A DNA stretch of 35,965 nt, taken from assembly GCA_002104905.1 (NCBI GenBank), contig MCFE01000793.1:1-35965 (forward strand). Direction: 5' to 3'. The notes under the pieces are model-generated. The model saw only the letters and a list, made by a program, of their open reading frames with translations, made no database searches and was not told the origin of the DNA. The DNA comes from Basidiobolus meristosporus CBS 931.73. Taxonomy: Eukaryota > Fungi > Basidiobolomycota. A program made the position numbers and the translations under genes. This document shows positions 11,151-23,060 of the stretch, piece after piece (positions within the stretch are counted from its first letter, which is position 1; each line of letters opens with the position of its first letter).

Positions 11151-14100
11151 GTTTTGACTTTGAAGGCTTTAGTACACTGTCCTCTCAAGGGATGCTGAAC
11201 TCAGTGCATACTTTTGTTAAGATACCAACTAAGTTGGGGATTGTAGCTCAATAGTTCTCCCTTGACAAGCTTGTGGCTTTATTCCCCATTACATCAGATT
11301 AGAGACAGGACCCAAGTATTCCTAGCAAGCCTTTGCTAGAGGTTATTGCACCCACTGAACACCCCACACACAAAACACTTGAGAAGTGCTGGGCATTTCT
11401 CTTCCTTGGACTTATAGACCACCACACTATTGAAAAGTAATTGCACCCCATATTTCACAAAAAACTTGGTCAAGATTTTTCATCACAACAATGTATAAGT
11501 AGCTTTTGATTGGTTCCCTGTCAATTTGCTCACTTTCTGATCCTGGACACTCTATCACCTCCTATGCTTGTGTGCATTGATTGGCTATTGCCTTTTTTTC
11601 ACATTCCTTACTTCCTGACCCAACCATTTCTCTTACTTTCATGCATATGAATTGATTTATTTCTGTTGAAACTTCAGTTGCACTTCAATTGCCAATTGTA
11701 TTGACCTATACAAGTTCATATACACTACAATAACATTAAACCCAACCCCACACTCAACAAGTAACTCCATTAAAATACACCACTCAACAAGTATTTCTAC
11801 TGTAATGCTCCGGTTCCACAACTTTGACAGGAACCCAATAGCTTTATGCCACTGCTCATTCAATGGTTCCCACATGTCCTGGTCTTCAGCTGGCACTGCA
11901 AGGTCTTGCACTGCATCTGCTAGTATTTACAATAAATCCTTGCAATATTCAAGTGTGCTTTCCTGAGCACTGCTCATGAAGAAGTGCTGCAACCTCTTGG
12001 TGTGCCTATTGATGTTCCAAGATTCCACTGAATGGAATGTGCTAGGCTTTCAAGTTCTTGACATTGTTGTCTTGTCTGTCAGTGGGATCTCCACTCTGTC
12101 AATAATGGAGGATATGGAGGCTGTGGTAGGCAAATTGTCTTTCTCTGCAAACTCATCTACCTCACTGGAGTGTAGCTCAACTGGCTGCGCTTCCAACTCT
12201 TGAGAAATAGCTGTTTCATGTTGGTAATTCTTCTTGGCTGTGAAAGGATTCAGTCTGTTCTGGGATTGCGGTGTCAATTGGCAAGAACTGCAGTTTTTTT
12301 GTATGCCTGCCTGTCTCAGGCTTGGGTAGACATCTTTACCTTTTACTTTATCACTGCCAGGTTTGTCACTGCTACTTTGTCAGAGTGCCTCCTGTAATGA
12401 ACTATGCATTCTTCTTGATAATTTCTGCTCTGTCATATCTGTTTTGGCCTGCTTGTCCCTTGCTGGCACTTGTCTGGCAACCTGACATGTTTTTCTGGTT
12501 GTTTTGAGCTCTCAACTGTAGTTGTCAGAGGCTCCTGTAAAAGCTGCTAGTTCTTATTACTACAAGGTCTTTTGCTGCTACTTTGATTGAGCGCTTAATT
12601 TGTCTTGAAGACTCATCTGCATCTAATTGATTTTCAGTTGATTAGTAACTTGACTAAGTCTCATGTTTGATTTTCCATTAGGGCCTGATATTCCTCAGTC
12701 ATTGCAGATCTCCAAACTTTGTCTGAGGGCTATTCAGGGCCTCTTTTACAGTCTGGGGCTCAGCAATATGCACTGAATAGGCATTGGCTAAGTTTGTACC
12801 CTCACCAATTTAGTAATTGAGCTATTTCTTGTCCAGTTGGATCTCTGGGGATTTGATACTGGAATGATCACTTCTGGGATATTCCTGGGCACTGCTTCAG
12901 GCTGAGGCATGGTTGTAGAGTTTGCTGGGGTTAAAATGGCTTCATTGTTCTGCTCTGATTTACTCCTGACTATTGGTGGATTTGAGATCAAATTTTTGTC
13001 ATAAACTGATTTCATTTTTTATGAAAATTTTCAATATTTATCAGAAAACGCATCCCAGGACTTGCTCAGCTTCTTTGACTTGATATACAGAGCCTATATA
13101 CCTTACTCTCATTGCAGTAGCTCAAAAATTTGCAATTTCACTTTTTGGCTCAAATTTTGGCTGATTTCCAGGCAGCACATGGCATATGCTATACACCCAA
13201 TATTCTTAGATATTCTGCACTTGGTCTGTATCCATACTATGCTTTAAATGGAGTAGAATTACAAAGTAATCTATTGTATCATCTACTTTTAAGGTATAAA
13301 GCTGTGGCAACTGATTCTGCCCTAAAATCATAGTATAATTTTTGATCATGGATCATTGATCTAAACATATCAATAATTGAGCTGTTTGCATGTTCTGCTA
13401 CTCCATTTTGCTGTAGGGAATAGGGTACAATTGTGTCTTGCTTTATGCCATGAATCTTGCAGCAGTGGATGAAGAGTTTTGAGGTATATTATCCACTATT
13501 GTCAGAGTGAATTTTGTTGATTTTTCACTAGTCTCTCTTTAGCATGGCTTTAAACCCCCTGAGCTTAGATAGAGCTTCTTCCTTACTCTCCATGATGACA
13601 ACCAATGGTTATCTTGTAAAATCATCAATAAAAGTGATTAAATACTTCATCCCATCTGAGGATAGATTTTGCATAGGTCCACACATGCCTGAGTGAATCA
13701 GATCTAATTTTTCTTAGTTTTGATTAACCAAGAGCTCTTAAATAGTTGTCTGGCTTGTCTCCCACATATGCAGACCTCACAGCTCTCCAAATTAGTTGGG
13801 GATCAATTTTACTCCGGAAATTAACTGATCCTTGATCATTTTGTGCAAATAATCAAAAATGATGTGTCCAAATCTCCTATGCCAAAGCATTGGTGTTTCT
13901 TTATATAAGCTGCTTATATTGGCTTCCAGATATGATCAAATATAGGTCAAGTTATACAGATTCTGATCTCTGATACCCAAAACTATATGAGCACCATTTT
14001 GATCAGTGATCCTGCATGCAGAATTGTCAAAGCTGGAGCTGAGTCCTTCTGCTGTGGCCTTGCTTACAGAGAGTAGGTTCTTAGCTATTTCTGGTGTATA

Positions 14101-14579
14101 GAGTACGTCTTTCATGGTCAGTGTATGGCTTCCTTTACTGCATCTAAGGTTTGCTTGGATAGTTCCTCTCCCACTGCATCAAGTGTTCTACCATCACCCA
14201 TCAAAACCTTCTTAATTAGAGTTTATTGGTATAGGGTTAAAGTTCTGTTTGTGTGTACAGTGTTGAGATGCTCCAGAGCCAGTGTACCACATCTGTGAAT
14301 CCTTGTTTGTGGTCATATTTGGTGCAGATATGAATAGTCTATCTTTAGCTGTTGCAGCATATCCATAGTCAGGCTTCTTTTGCTGATTATCTCTCTTTGT
14401 TGGTTATCATGGCTTATTAGAGCATTTTCTTCTTCCTTCTTATTGGCACTGGATTCTCTTAATTCTTCATCCAGGAGCCTTCCATAGATATAATTTAAGG
14501 TCAAATCTTCAGTTCTGGACTCTAGGGCTAATACAAGGCCTTGGAACTTGTCTGTCAGGCTATTCATGATAGTAACTAT

Positions 14580-14927
14580 TGTTGTAAGAGTCTTGGAGAT
14601 ATTGGAAGTGATTTGGAGAACAAGTAGATTATGTGGTTATCACTCAATGATTTATTGAATGTAAAAGTAGTATTTATACTTTTACCTGGTCTTGGCATTA
14701 CAAACACGTAGAATAGGTTATGAAAGGTCCCAAGAACATGTGTGCAAAGTTTGGGGCTATTTGGACAACTTTGAGAATTTTCATGTTCTGGGTACCTGGT
14801 ATTTTGGTGAAAATATTCTAAGTAAATCCCGACAAGGAATTTGGTCAGTATTCTCTAGGATTTAAGGGTAATGATCTTAGTGACTAAGTTAGGTGAATAT
14901 TTAGGTGGAATTACAAATTTTACAACA
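14580..14927 (-). repeat. Copia-2 3' LTR
   Basis: Reverse complement of the family LTR, preceded on the minus strand by a mutated PPT (GAGTGTGAG). Confidence 0.95.
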
Positions 14928-14938
14928 CTCACACTCAG

Positions 14939-17900
14939 CTAAATGTTCATACTGATTAGTCCTAATTTTGACCTAAAATATTCTAACTTGTCTCTAGCTA
15001 ATGGTTTGGTAAAAATGTCTGCAATCATTTCATCTGTAGGACAGTAAACTAAGCTAACTAAGTTATTCTCTATAGCTTCATGTATGAAATGATGTCCAAT
15101 ATCTATGTGCTTGGTTCTAGCATGAAAAGTTGGATTTCTACCTAATTGTATACATGCTTGATTATCTTGAAATAAAGTAATAGGCATTTTTTGACATAGG
15201 CCTAAATCTGTAAACAGCTTTCTTAACCACATTGCTTCTTTTGTAGCTTCACAGGCTGCCATATACTCTGCCTCTGTGGTGGAAAGTGCTACGGTTGGTT
15301 GCTTTCTTGAATTCCATGAAATTGCTCCTGTACAGTAAAGAAAGGTGTATCCTGTGGTGGATCTTCTGTCTTCCAAATTTTGTCCCCAGTCAGCATCAGA
15401 GTATCCCACAAGATCCTGTTCTGAATCCTTATAAGTGTATCTTAAGCAGATATCAGCAGTTCCTTTTAGGTATCTAAAAATCTGCTTAACTGCTGCAATA
15501 TGATCAGATCCATAGTTCTGATTATGTTGGCTGACAACTCCCACTGAATATGAGATATCTGGACGTGTCCCAAGCATGATATACATGAGACTGCCAACCA
15601 TAGACTGATAAGGAAAGTCAGGGCTTTCAGATGGCACCAAGCTCTCTTGATTTGGTTGAGCTTTGACCAAGTTAAGGTTTGTCTCCATTGGGGTAGCTGC
15701 CGGTTTACAGTCTTCTATTTTGTACTTCTTTAATATATCTTGAATATACTTGGATTGACTTAGGGTGATAGTCTGGGTACTTCTGTCTATGGAGAACTTA
15801 ATCCCTAAGTAGTAACTAAGTTCTCCTAGATTGGACATCTTGAACTCCTTAGATAGGCTGGATTTAGTCTCCTCTAATGTTTCTAGGTTATTGGTGGCTA
15901 TAATAAGATCATCCACATATAGAGCTAATAGAACTGGACTTGCTCTATCTGGCTCATAGTATATACTATAGTCAGCATTACTTCTTTGGAGACTCAAAGA
16001 TTTTAATAAAGAATCTATCTTGCAATTCTAGGCTCTTGGTGATTGTTTGAGACCATATAGTGACTTTTTAAGCTTGCGAACCAAATGGGGGTTATCTTGG
16101 TCAACAAACCCATCAGGCTGGTCCATATACACGTCCTATCAAGTTCTCCATTCAAAAATGCAGTCTTTACATCCATTTGATGAATAAAAAACTTATATTT
16201 GGCTGCAATAGCCAATATTAATCTGATGGAATTAAACTTGGCTACCGGTGCAAAGGTCTCAGTATAGTCAAGTCCTTTTGATTGAGAGTATCCTTTGGCT
16301 ACAAGTCTTGCTTTGTATCTTTCATTTGTACCATCAGCCTTGTATTTTGTCTTGAAGACCCATCTGCATCCAATTGATTTTTGGTTGATTAGTAATTTGA
16401 CTAAGTCCCAAGTTTGATTTTCCATCAGGGCCTGATATTCCTCAGTCATTGCAGATCTCCAAAACTTTGTCTGAGGGCTATTTAGGGCCTCTTTTACAGT
16501 CTGGGGTTCCTCAATATGGACTGAATAGGCATAGGCTAAGTTTGTACCCTCATTAATATAGTAATTTGGGCTATTTCTTGACCAATTGGATCTCTAGGCA
16601 CTTGATACTGGAATGATCACTTCTGGGATATTCCTGGGCACTGATTCTGGCTGAGCCACAGTTGTAGAGTCCTCTGGAGTGAAAAAAATTTCATTGTTTT
16701 GCTCTGATTCAATCCTGACAATTGGTGGACTTGAGATCAAATTTTTGTCATCATCTGATGTCATTTTTTGTGAAAATTTTGAATTTTCATCAAACAACAC
16801 ATCCCTGGACTTGATCAGCCTCTTTGCTTTGGTATTGTAGAGTCTGTATGCCTTACTCTCATTGCAGTAGCCCAAAAATATGAATGTTACACTTTTTGGC
16901 TCAAATTTTGACTGATTTCTGGCCAGTTTTTTGGCATATGCTGTACATCCAAATATTCTTAGATGTTCTGCACTTGGTCTGTATCCATGCCATGCTTCAA
17001 ATGGAGTAGAGTCACAAAGTATTCTGTTATAACTCCTATTTTTAAGGTATACAGCAGCAGCAACTGATTCTGCCCAAAAATCATAGGATAACTTTTGATC
17101 ATGGATCATAGATCTTGCAATATCAATTATTGATCTGTTAGCTTGTTCTGCTACTCCATTTTTTTGTGGGGAGTATGGTATAGTAGTCTCTTGCTTTATC
17201 CCATGAATTTTGCAGAAGTGGATGAAGAGTTTTGAGGTATATTCTCCACCATTATCAGAGCGTATTTTCTTGATTTTTTCACCAGATTCTCTCTCCACCA
17301 TGGCTTCAGATTCCCTGAGCTTAGACAGTGCTTCTTCCTTTCTCTCCATGCAGTAGACCCATGTGTATCTTGTATAATCATCAATAAAAGTGATTAAATA
17401 CTTCATCCTGCCTAAGGATAAATTTTGCATAGGTCCACACAGATCTGAGTGAATTAGATCTAATTTTTTCTTGGTTTTGATTAACCCAGAGCTCTTGAAC
17501 AGTTGTCTTGCATGTTTCTCATATATGCAGGCTTCACAGTACTCCAAATTAGCTGGAGAATCAATTTTCACTCCAGAAATTAGCTGATCTTTGATCATTT
17601 TGCACAAATAATCAAAATTGATGTGTCCAAATCTCCTGTGCCAAAGCATTGGTGTTTCTTCATTTAAGTTACTTATATTGGCTTCCAAAAATGATGGAAA
17701 ATAAGTCAACTTGTATAGATTCTGATCTCTGATGCCCAAAGCAATATGGGCACCATTTTGATCAGTGATCCTGCATCCAGAATTGTCAACACTGAGACTG
17801 AGTCCTTCTGCTGTGGCCTTGCTTACAGAGAGTAGGTTCTTGGCTATTTCTGGTACATAGAGTACTTCTTTAAAGGTCAGTGTATGGCTTCCTTCACTGC

Positions 17901-18906
17901 TTCTAAGGCTTACTTGGATATTTCCTTCTCCCACATCTAGTGTTCTATTGTCACCCATGAAAACCTTGTTAATTGGAATATCTTGATATTGGGTAAAAAG
18001 TTCTTTTTGGTGTGTCAAGTGTTGAGAAGCTCCAGAGTCAATATACCATGTCTGAGAATTCTTTTTAGTGGTCATATTTAGTCCAGATATGAATAGTCTA
18101 TCTTCAGTTGTTGCAGCATTTCCATATTCAGGCTTCTTTTGCTGATAATCTCTCTTTTTGAGACACCGGTCTGTTGTGTGTCCTTTCCTTTTGCAGTAGT
18201 TGCAAAATAGGTTGCTGTTGCCTTTGTAGGGTCTTGGGTATCTCCTTTGTTGACTATCACTGCTTATTAAAGCATTTTCTTCTTCCTTCTTATTGGCGCT
18301 TGATACTCTTAATTCTTCATCCAGGAGCCTTCCATATACATGATTTGAGGTCAAATCATCAGCTCTGGGCTCTAGGGCTGAGACAAGGCCCTGAAACTTG
18401 TCTGTCAGGCTATTCAGGATGGTAACTATCACATCCTCATCAGTAGTTGGTACGCCCACAGATTCCATCTCATCTACCAGCAGGGTAATTCTGTTAATTA
18501 GATTTTTCATTTCTTCTCCTGGCAGCATCTTTGTAGTAAAGAATTTTTGTCTCAGATACATTTTCTTGGCAGCTGAACATGACTGGTAGGTGTCTTCTAA
18601 TGCCTTCCAGGCATTCTTTGCCATTTTTGCTCTTGAGCATTGAATTAGCAATTTGTCCTTGACATTTAGACAACTGCAGTTAAAGGCACTTTGCTCTTTC
18701 TTCTAGTACTTTAAGGCTTCCTCTCCCACATTTTTAGGAGGGCATTCTTCTCCCATGACAATATCCCAAAGGCCTCTTTCTTGTAGCAGCATCTTCATCT
18801 TCACCTTCCACACTTGGTAGTTAGATCCATCCAACTTTTCAGCAGAGGGAAAAATTCCAGTAATAGCAGTAGTAGACATTGCAGAGAGTGACAGCTTGGG
18901 GCTCAT
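14939..18906 (-). pseudogene. Copia-2 gag-pol pseudogene
   Basis: Fragments 18703-18906, 16594-18651, 16015-16449 and 14939-15997 match copy 1; stop at 18703 and several frameshifts. Confidence 0.93.
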
Positions 18907-18910
18907 AACC

Positions 18911-19258
18911 TGATGTAAGAGTCTTAGAGATATTGGAAGTGATTTGGAGAACAGGTAGATTATGTGGTTTACACTTAATGATTTATTGAGTGTAAAAGTA
19001 GTATTTATACTTTTACCTGGTTTTGGCATTACAAACATGTAGAATAGGTTAAGGAAGGTCCCAAGAACATGTGTGACAAGCTTGGGGCTGTTTGGACAAC
19101 TTTGAGAATTTTCATGTTCTGGGTACCTGGTATTTTGGTGAAAATATTCTAAGTAAATCCCAACAAGGAATTTGGTCAGTATTCTCTAGGATTTAAGGGT
19201 AATGATCCAAGTGACTAAGTTAGGTGAATATTTAGGTGGAATTACAAATTTTACAACA
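18911..19258 (-). repeat. Copia-2 5' LTR
   Basis: Reverse complement of the family LTR, followed on the minus strand by the PBS. Confidence 0.95.
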
Positions 19259-19771
19259 ACTATCACATCCTCATCAGTATTTGGTACTGTTGTAAAAATT
19301 TGTAATTCCACCTAAATATTGACCTAACTTAGTCGCTTAAATCATCACCCTCAGGTTCTATAGATTACTGACCAAATTCCTTGTTGGGATTTACTTAGAA
19401 TATTTTCACCAAAATACCAGGTACCCAGAACATGAATATTCTCAAGGTTGTTCAAACAGCCCTAAACTTTGCACAAATGTTCTTGGGACCTTCCTTAACC
19501 CATTCTACAAGTTTGTAATTCCAAGACCAGATAAAAGTTTAAATACTACTTTGACATTCAATAAATCAATAAGTGAAAACCACATAATAGACTTGTTCCG
19601 TTGGATAGTGCCACATAGTGCCAGCCTGCTTATGGTGCCGGATTGATCTGGCACTCTATGGCACTATCTGGCACTATAATTTCTACCATGATGCCTGTGG
19701 TATGATACAGCTACTGGTAATTTTACTCAATCTTACTTATGTTGCTCAGAATAGTGCTTTCCTTGCTTTAT

Positions 19772-20656
19772 TTACTCTTCATAATGCTCCAGACACATTT
19801 CTCTCAGTGGATGTCTTCTTGTATGAACATACTGTGCATTAATAAGTATCTTAACTATTTTACCTATTCTGCTGTTTTCTCCTATATATGACTTTCCTCT
19901 GTATTTACCTGCCAATATGCTGAATCTCTTCAGATATCCAAATGTGTGCTCTACCCTTACTCTGAAATGATTAAATATCTCATTGTAGAGCTTCTGCTTC
20001 CTGCTAAGTACACCATTCCTTGGCTTCCTATAAGCTGTAATACATCCTAATCTCTGACAATCCTCTCCTATATAAGCTAAGTCTGCCATACATTTCTCCC
20101 CTCTACTGAATTCAGGATGATTCTCTACCCAGAGTACTTTGTCATGCCTACTTCCAGCAAATGGCCCACTAAACCAGATGATGTTACCCTCAATGTCAGA
20201 CAGTGCTTGAAACTTCACACCGTGTGCCTTGTACTTGCCAGAATAAAAGTGTCTCTGCCCTCTAGAAGGTCTGTTAATCCTCACTGGGAAGGTATCCAAA
20301 ATACTCCTGATATGGAACCTGTTGCTGAACACTCTGGGATATGGAAGTCTATTGGAGCTTCTGAACCTAGTATTCCAAGCTTGCTCTAAGTCATTCATAC
20401 CCTCTGCAAGGTGGTTCTCCATTGCTGTCAGCTGGGAATGAAAGCTTCTAGGACTTTTGTTGCCATGGATGGTGGGATGAAACCTTGTAGGGCAATAGTT
20501 CTTGTGATAGCAGAGAAGTTTAACAAGGGATCTCCTTGAGTAGATTGGGGTTGATGGTCCACAGTACTTGGAATAGATCTCCTCTAGTGTGTCAAAAGGA
20601 AATCCAGTGGTAGTGATGGGATTGATGAGAAAAGACCATTCAGATGAGTAAGTCAT
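19772..20656 (-). CDS. DDE_Tnp_4-type transposase, 294 aa, uninterrupted
   Basis: Catalytic triad candidates ILDTFP, MADLAY and RVEHTFGYLK; also FYSGKYKAHGVKFQ and GPFAGSRHD, typical of PIF/Harbinger/IS5-like transposases. Confidence 0.9.
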   Translation of the reverse strand: MTYSSEWSFLINPITTTGFPFDTLEEIYSKYCGPSTPIYSRRSLVKLLCYHKNYCPTRFHPTIHGNKSPRSFHSQLTAMENHLAEGMNDLEQAWNTRFRSSNRLPYPRVFSNRFHIRSILDTFPVRINRPSRGQRHFYSGKYKAHGVKFQALSDIEGNIIWFSGPFAGSRHDKVLWVENHPEFSRGEKCMADLAYIGEDCQRLGCITAYRKPRNGVLSRKQKLYNEIFNHFRVRVEHTFGYLKRFSILAGKYRGKSYIGENSRIGKIVKILINAQYVHTRRHPLREMCLEHYEE

Positions 20657-21015
20657 ATTAAAATTGGTGGATGATTGTATAAAGGCGGTTTGAATTGATT
20701 TGGCTTGATCTGCCTTATTTATCTGATTTTTAATACATTATGGTTAAATCTCCATCAATTGCCACGTATCCCATCATTATGTTGCAAAAATCATCCGCAA
20801 ACAATGCCTTGATACTTTTATTGATGCTTTAATCATAGGTCTATAATCAAATAGGAAATCTGCAATTGATGTGATCTGATCCATGTCAACGCAATCCGAG
20901 ATGCATCATGCATAATATATGGAGATTTCAACAATCATGTTAGTTTTCATATAAATTTCATATAAGACCAGGTTGATGTCAATATAATGCTGTATAAGTA
21001 TCCAAATCCGTTGCT

Positions 21016-22263
21016 ATGGTCCCCATACCAAGCCTCAACTCATCTTTAGTACAACCCAGACAAAACCCATCCCCTAGCTCACAAGCGCAGTCCGGACCGG
21101 AAAAGTCAATGTCGGATCTGTTTGAATTCTTGCCAAATGATTTTAGTATGGCCCAAGTGTCTATGAAGAGCCTTCATACAGATATTTGGGCACTACTGAT
21201 TAATCTAGCAGAACTAGATACCTCAGAGAGTTGACAAAGATGGAAGAATTTGAGTAGAAAGCTGTGGCATGAGTTCTACATCAAGATGCCAGCCGATGTA
21301 TGTAAAAAGATATATAACAAGACAAGTATTGAAATCAAGAATGAGCTGAGAGTGAGGGGATTTGACAAAGAAGCCGCGTGGGAGCAATTTCGCGCGCAAT
21401 TTACACAGTACGGGCCGGATGCGTCTGTTTGTGCCTCAACTTTGGGAACCAAAGAGATTTTGAATGAGCTTTTGCCTCAAATGACTAATGTACTACGTGA
21501 TATATTAGTAGAGCTAAGTGGCTTCTGAGAGCAATATACACAGGACTCATCCAGGCAACAGCTCCAAAGTATCAGACAGAGGGTAAGTGAATACCTTGAG
21601 GAATCAGATGGTGAGCTTCAGGAGGAAGAATACAGACCGCAAGCAACATCATCCAGATCACGCCAGCACGCCTTGCTGGATTCCCTACCATCTCTGGCAA
21701 CCACAGCGCACCGGCGCACGTCAGTCCAGAGTACGTCAACACCCTTTACTGGAACGCCCCGCCTTGAGTCAATGCGCGTTGGGTCAACGCGTGTGCTTCA
21801 GAGCAAAACTACAAGAACTCGCCAAACTGCTCATTTAGACACAAGTCCATTGGAGCGGACCAAGTTGCGTCAACTTGCAGCATCACATCAAACTCAGCCA
21901 AGGGCCATCTCAACACGTCAAGGCGCGCCTGCACGTGCCGTTTTGCCTGACCATCAGCAAGTTACTTCTGGTGAACTGACTGATGATGACCAACATGAAG
22001 TGCCTCAACCACCGGAGCCCTTGGCAAGTAAAAGAACGCGTCAGCGCGTGGCACTACAGGCCGGTTCAGTTGGTTCAGTTGGAGCAATTCAGCGCGGCCA
22101 AGCTGTAGCATTGCACTCATCAACTAGGAGGCAAAATACTGACTACAAATACACAAGTAGCCAAGATGATAGTCAGCCAGGAAGTAGTATAGGTGTGCAA
22201 AGTGAGTCACTACCAAATGCTTCAGTAGTAATCCCTGTGAGAAAAAAACCCAGGAGAAGATGA
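21016..22263 (+). pseudogene. PHIS ORF2 (~415 codons, putative Myb/SANT-like DNA-binding partner) with two in-frame TGA stops
   Basis: 21016-21234, 21250-21528 and 21673-22263 are all one frame, with stops at 21232 and 21526. IWALL...xQRWKNLSRKL resembles Myb/SANT/MADF helices; basic C-terminus PVRKKPRRR is NLS-like. Confidence 0.75.
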
Positions 22264-23060
22264 TGCGATCGCTTTGAATTGCTCACATTTGTAATGATCC
22301 CAACACCCCTTTTTTTTGTGATCAGAATCAAGCCATTGCAAATCAGTGATCATCAAATTTTTGATATAAGTAATATCAAGGTCGTCTCACATTTGAGACA
22401 GAACCCCTATAAATAAACACCCTGCATATATATACGTTATCTGTAATACCAGTGCAGCTATTGGATCTGTTTTGCACCTACACAATTGCTTGCGTGCTGG
22501 CTATGACACCTTGTCCAATCACTAGGATCAGGGATTTACTTGCTCAATGAGCAAAATGGGATATTTGATGGCAAATCAGGTAGCTTTTTTAGTAGTCAAT
22601 GAGCCAATTGGGGGCTGCCAGCTTCAGGATACTTTTGGACCAATTAACCACTGAGATACCATCCAATTGGAGTGAGGGTAACCAAAATGGTAAGTATTAG
22701 TGTAGTTTATAGTGTGATACACATTTATTTCCATTTGCATTAAAGAAACATATCCAAATACCGGATTTTACCTGCCATAATAGCAGTATCCAATTGCGCA
22801 CATGATGCAAACATTACGAGTTGGCGCAATCATTTGTTCCAACCTCATTGTGTCAGATTGTGCCATAGTGTGCAAGATTGTCCCGCATAGTGCAAAATTG
22901 TCCAAGAACAATCCTTCCTTCTGGTAGCTATAATATTGCACCCAATTGTTCTTTACAACCGCGGATTGCGCCGCACGCCCTGGCATGGTATGATGGAACA
23001 AGTCTAATCTACTTGTTCTCCCAATCACTTCCAATCTCTCCAATACTCTTACAACAGGTT

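Larger units (their letters stand above)
5980..12597 (-). other. Unclassified CpG-depleted coding relic (5980-6466 plus 11151-12597) that hosts Copia-1
   Basis: ORFs 12050-12277 and 11657-11911 are in the same minus frame separated by one stop; 6132-6466 continues past the GTTTT TSD. No family confidently recognised. Confidence 0.3.
14580..19258 (-). mobile_element. Copia copy 2, full length (4679 bp), inserted in the gag of copy 3
   Basis: LTRs 14580-14927 (3') and 18911-19258 (5'), about 18 differences by eye; TSD ACTAT (14575-14579 / 19259-19263). Confidence 0.95.
19589..23005. mobile_element. PHIS (Pangu-like) DNA transposon copy B, 3417 bp
   Basis: TIRs AGACTTGTTCC(GTTG) and, as reverse complement, AGACTTGTTCC(ATCA); TSD AAT (19586-19588 / 23006-23008); removing it restores the LTR sequence CACATAATCTAC. 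Confidence 0.92.

Noticed and set aside
23006-23021. Target flank CTACTTGTTCTCC resembles the PHIS TIR (shared ACTTGTTC)
   Set aside because: Copy A's target shows no such similarity; one 8-nt match is plausibly chance.
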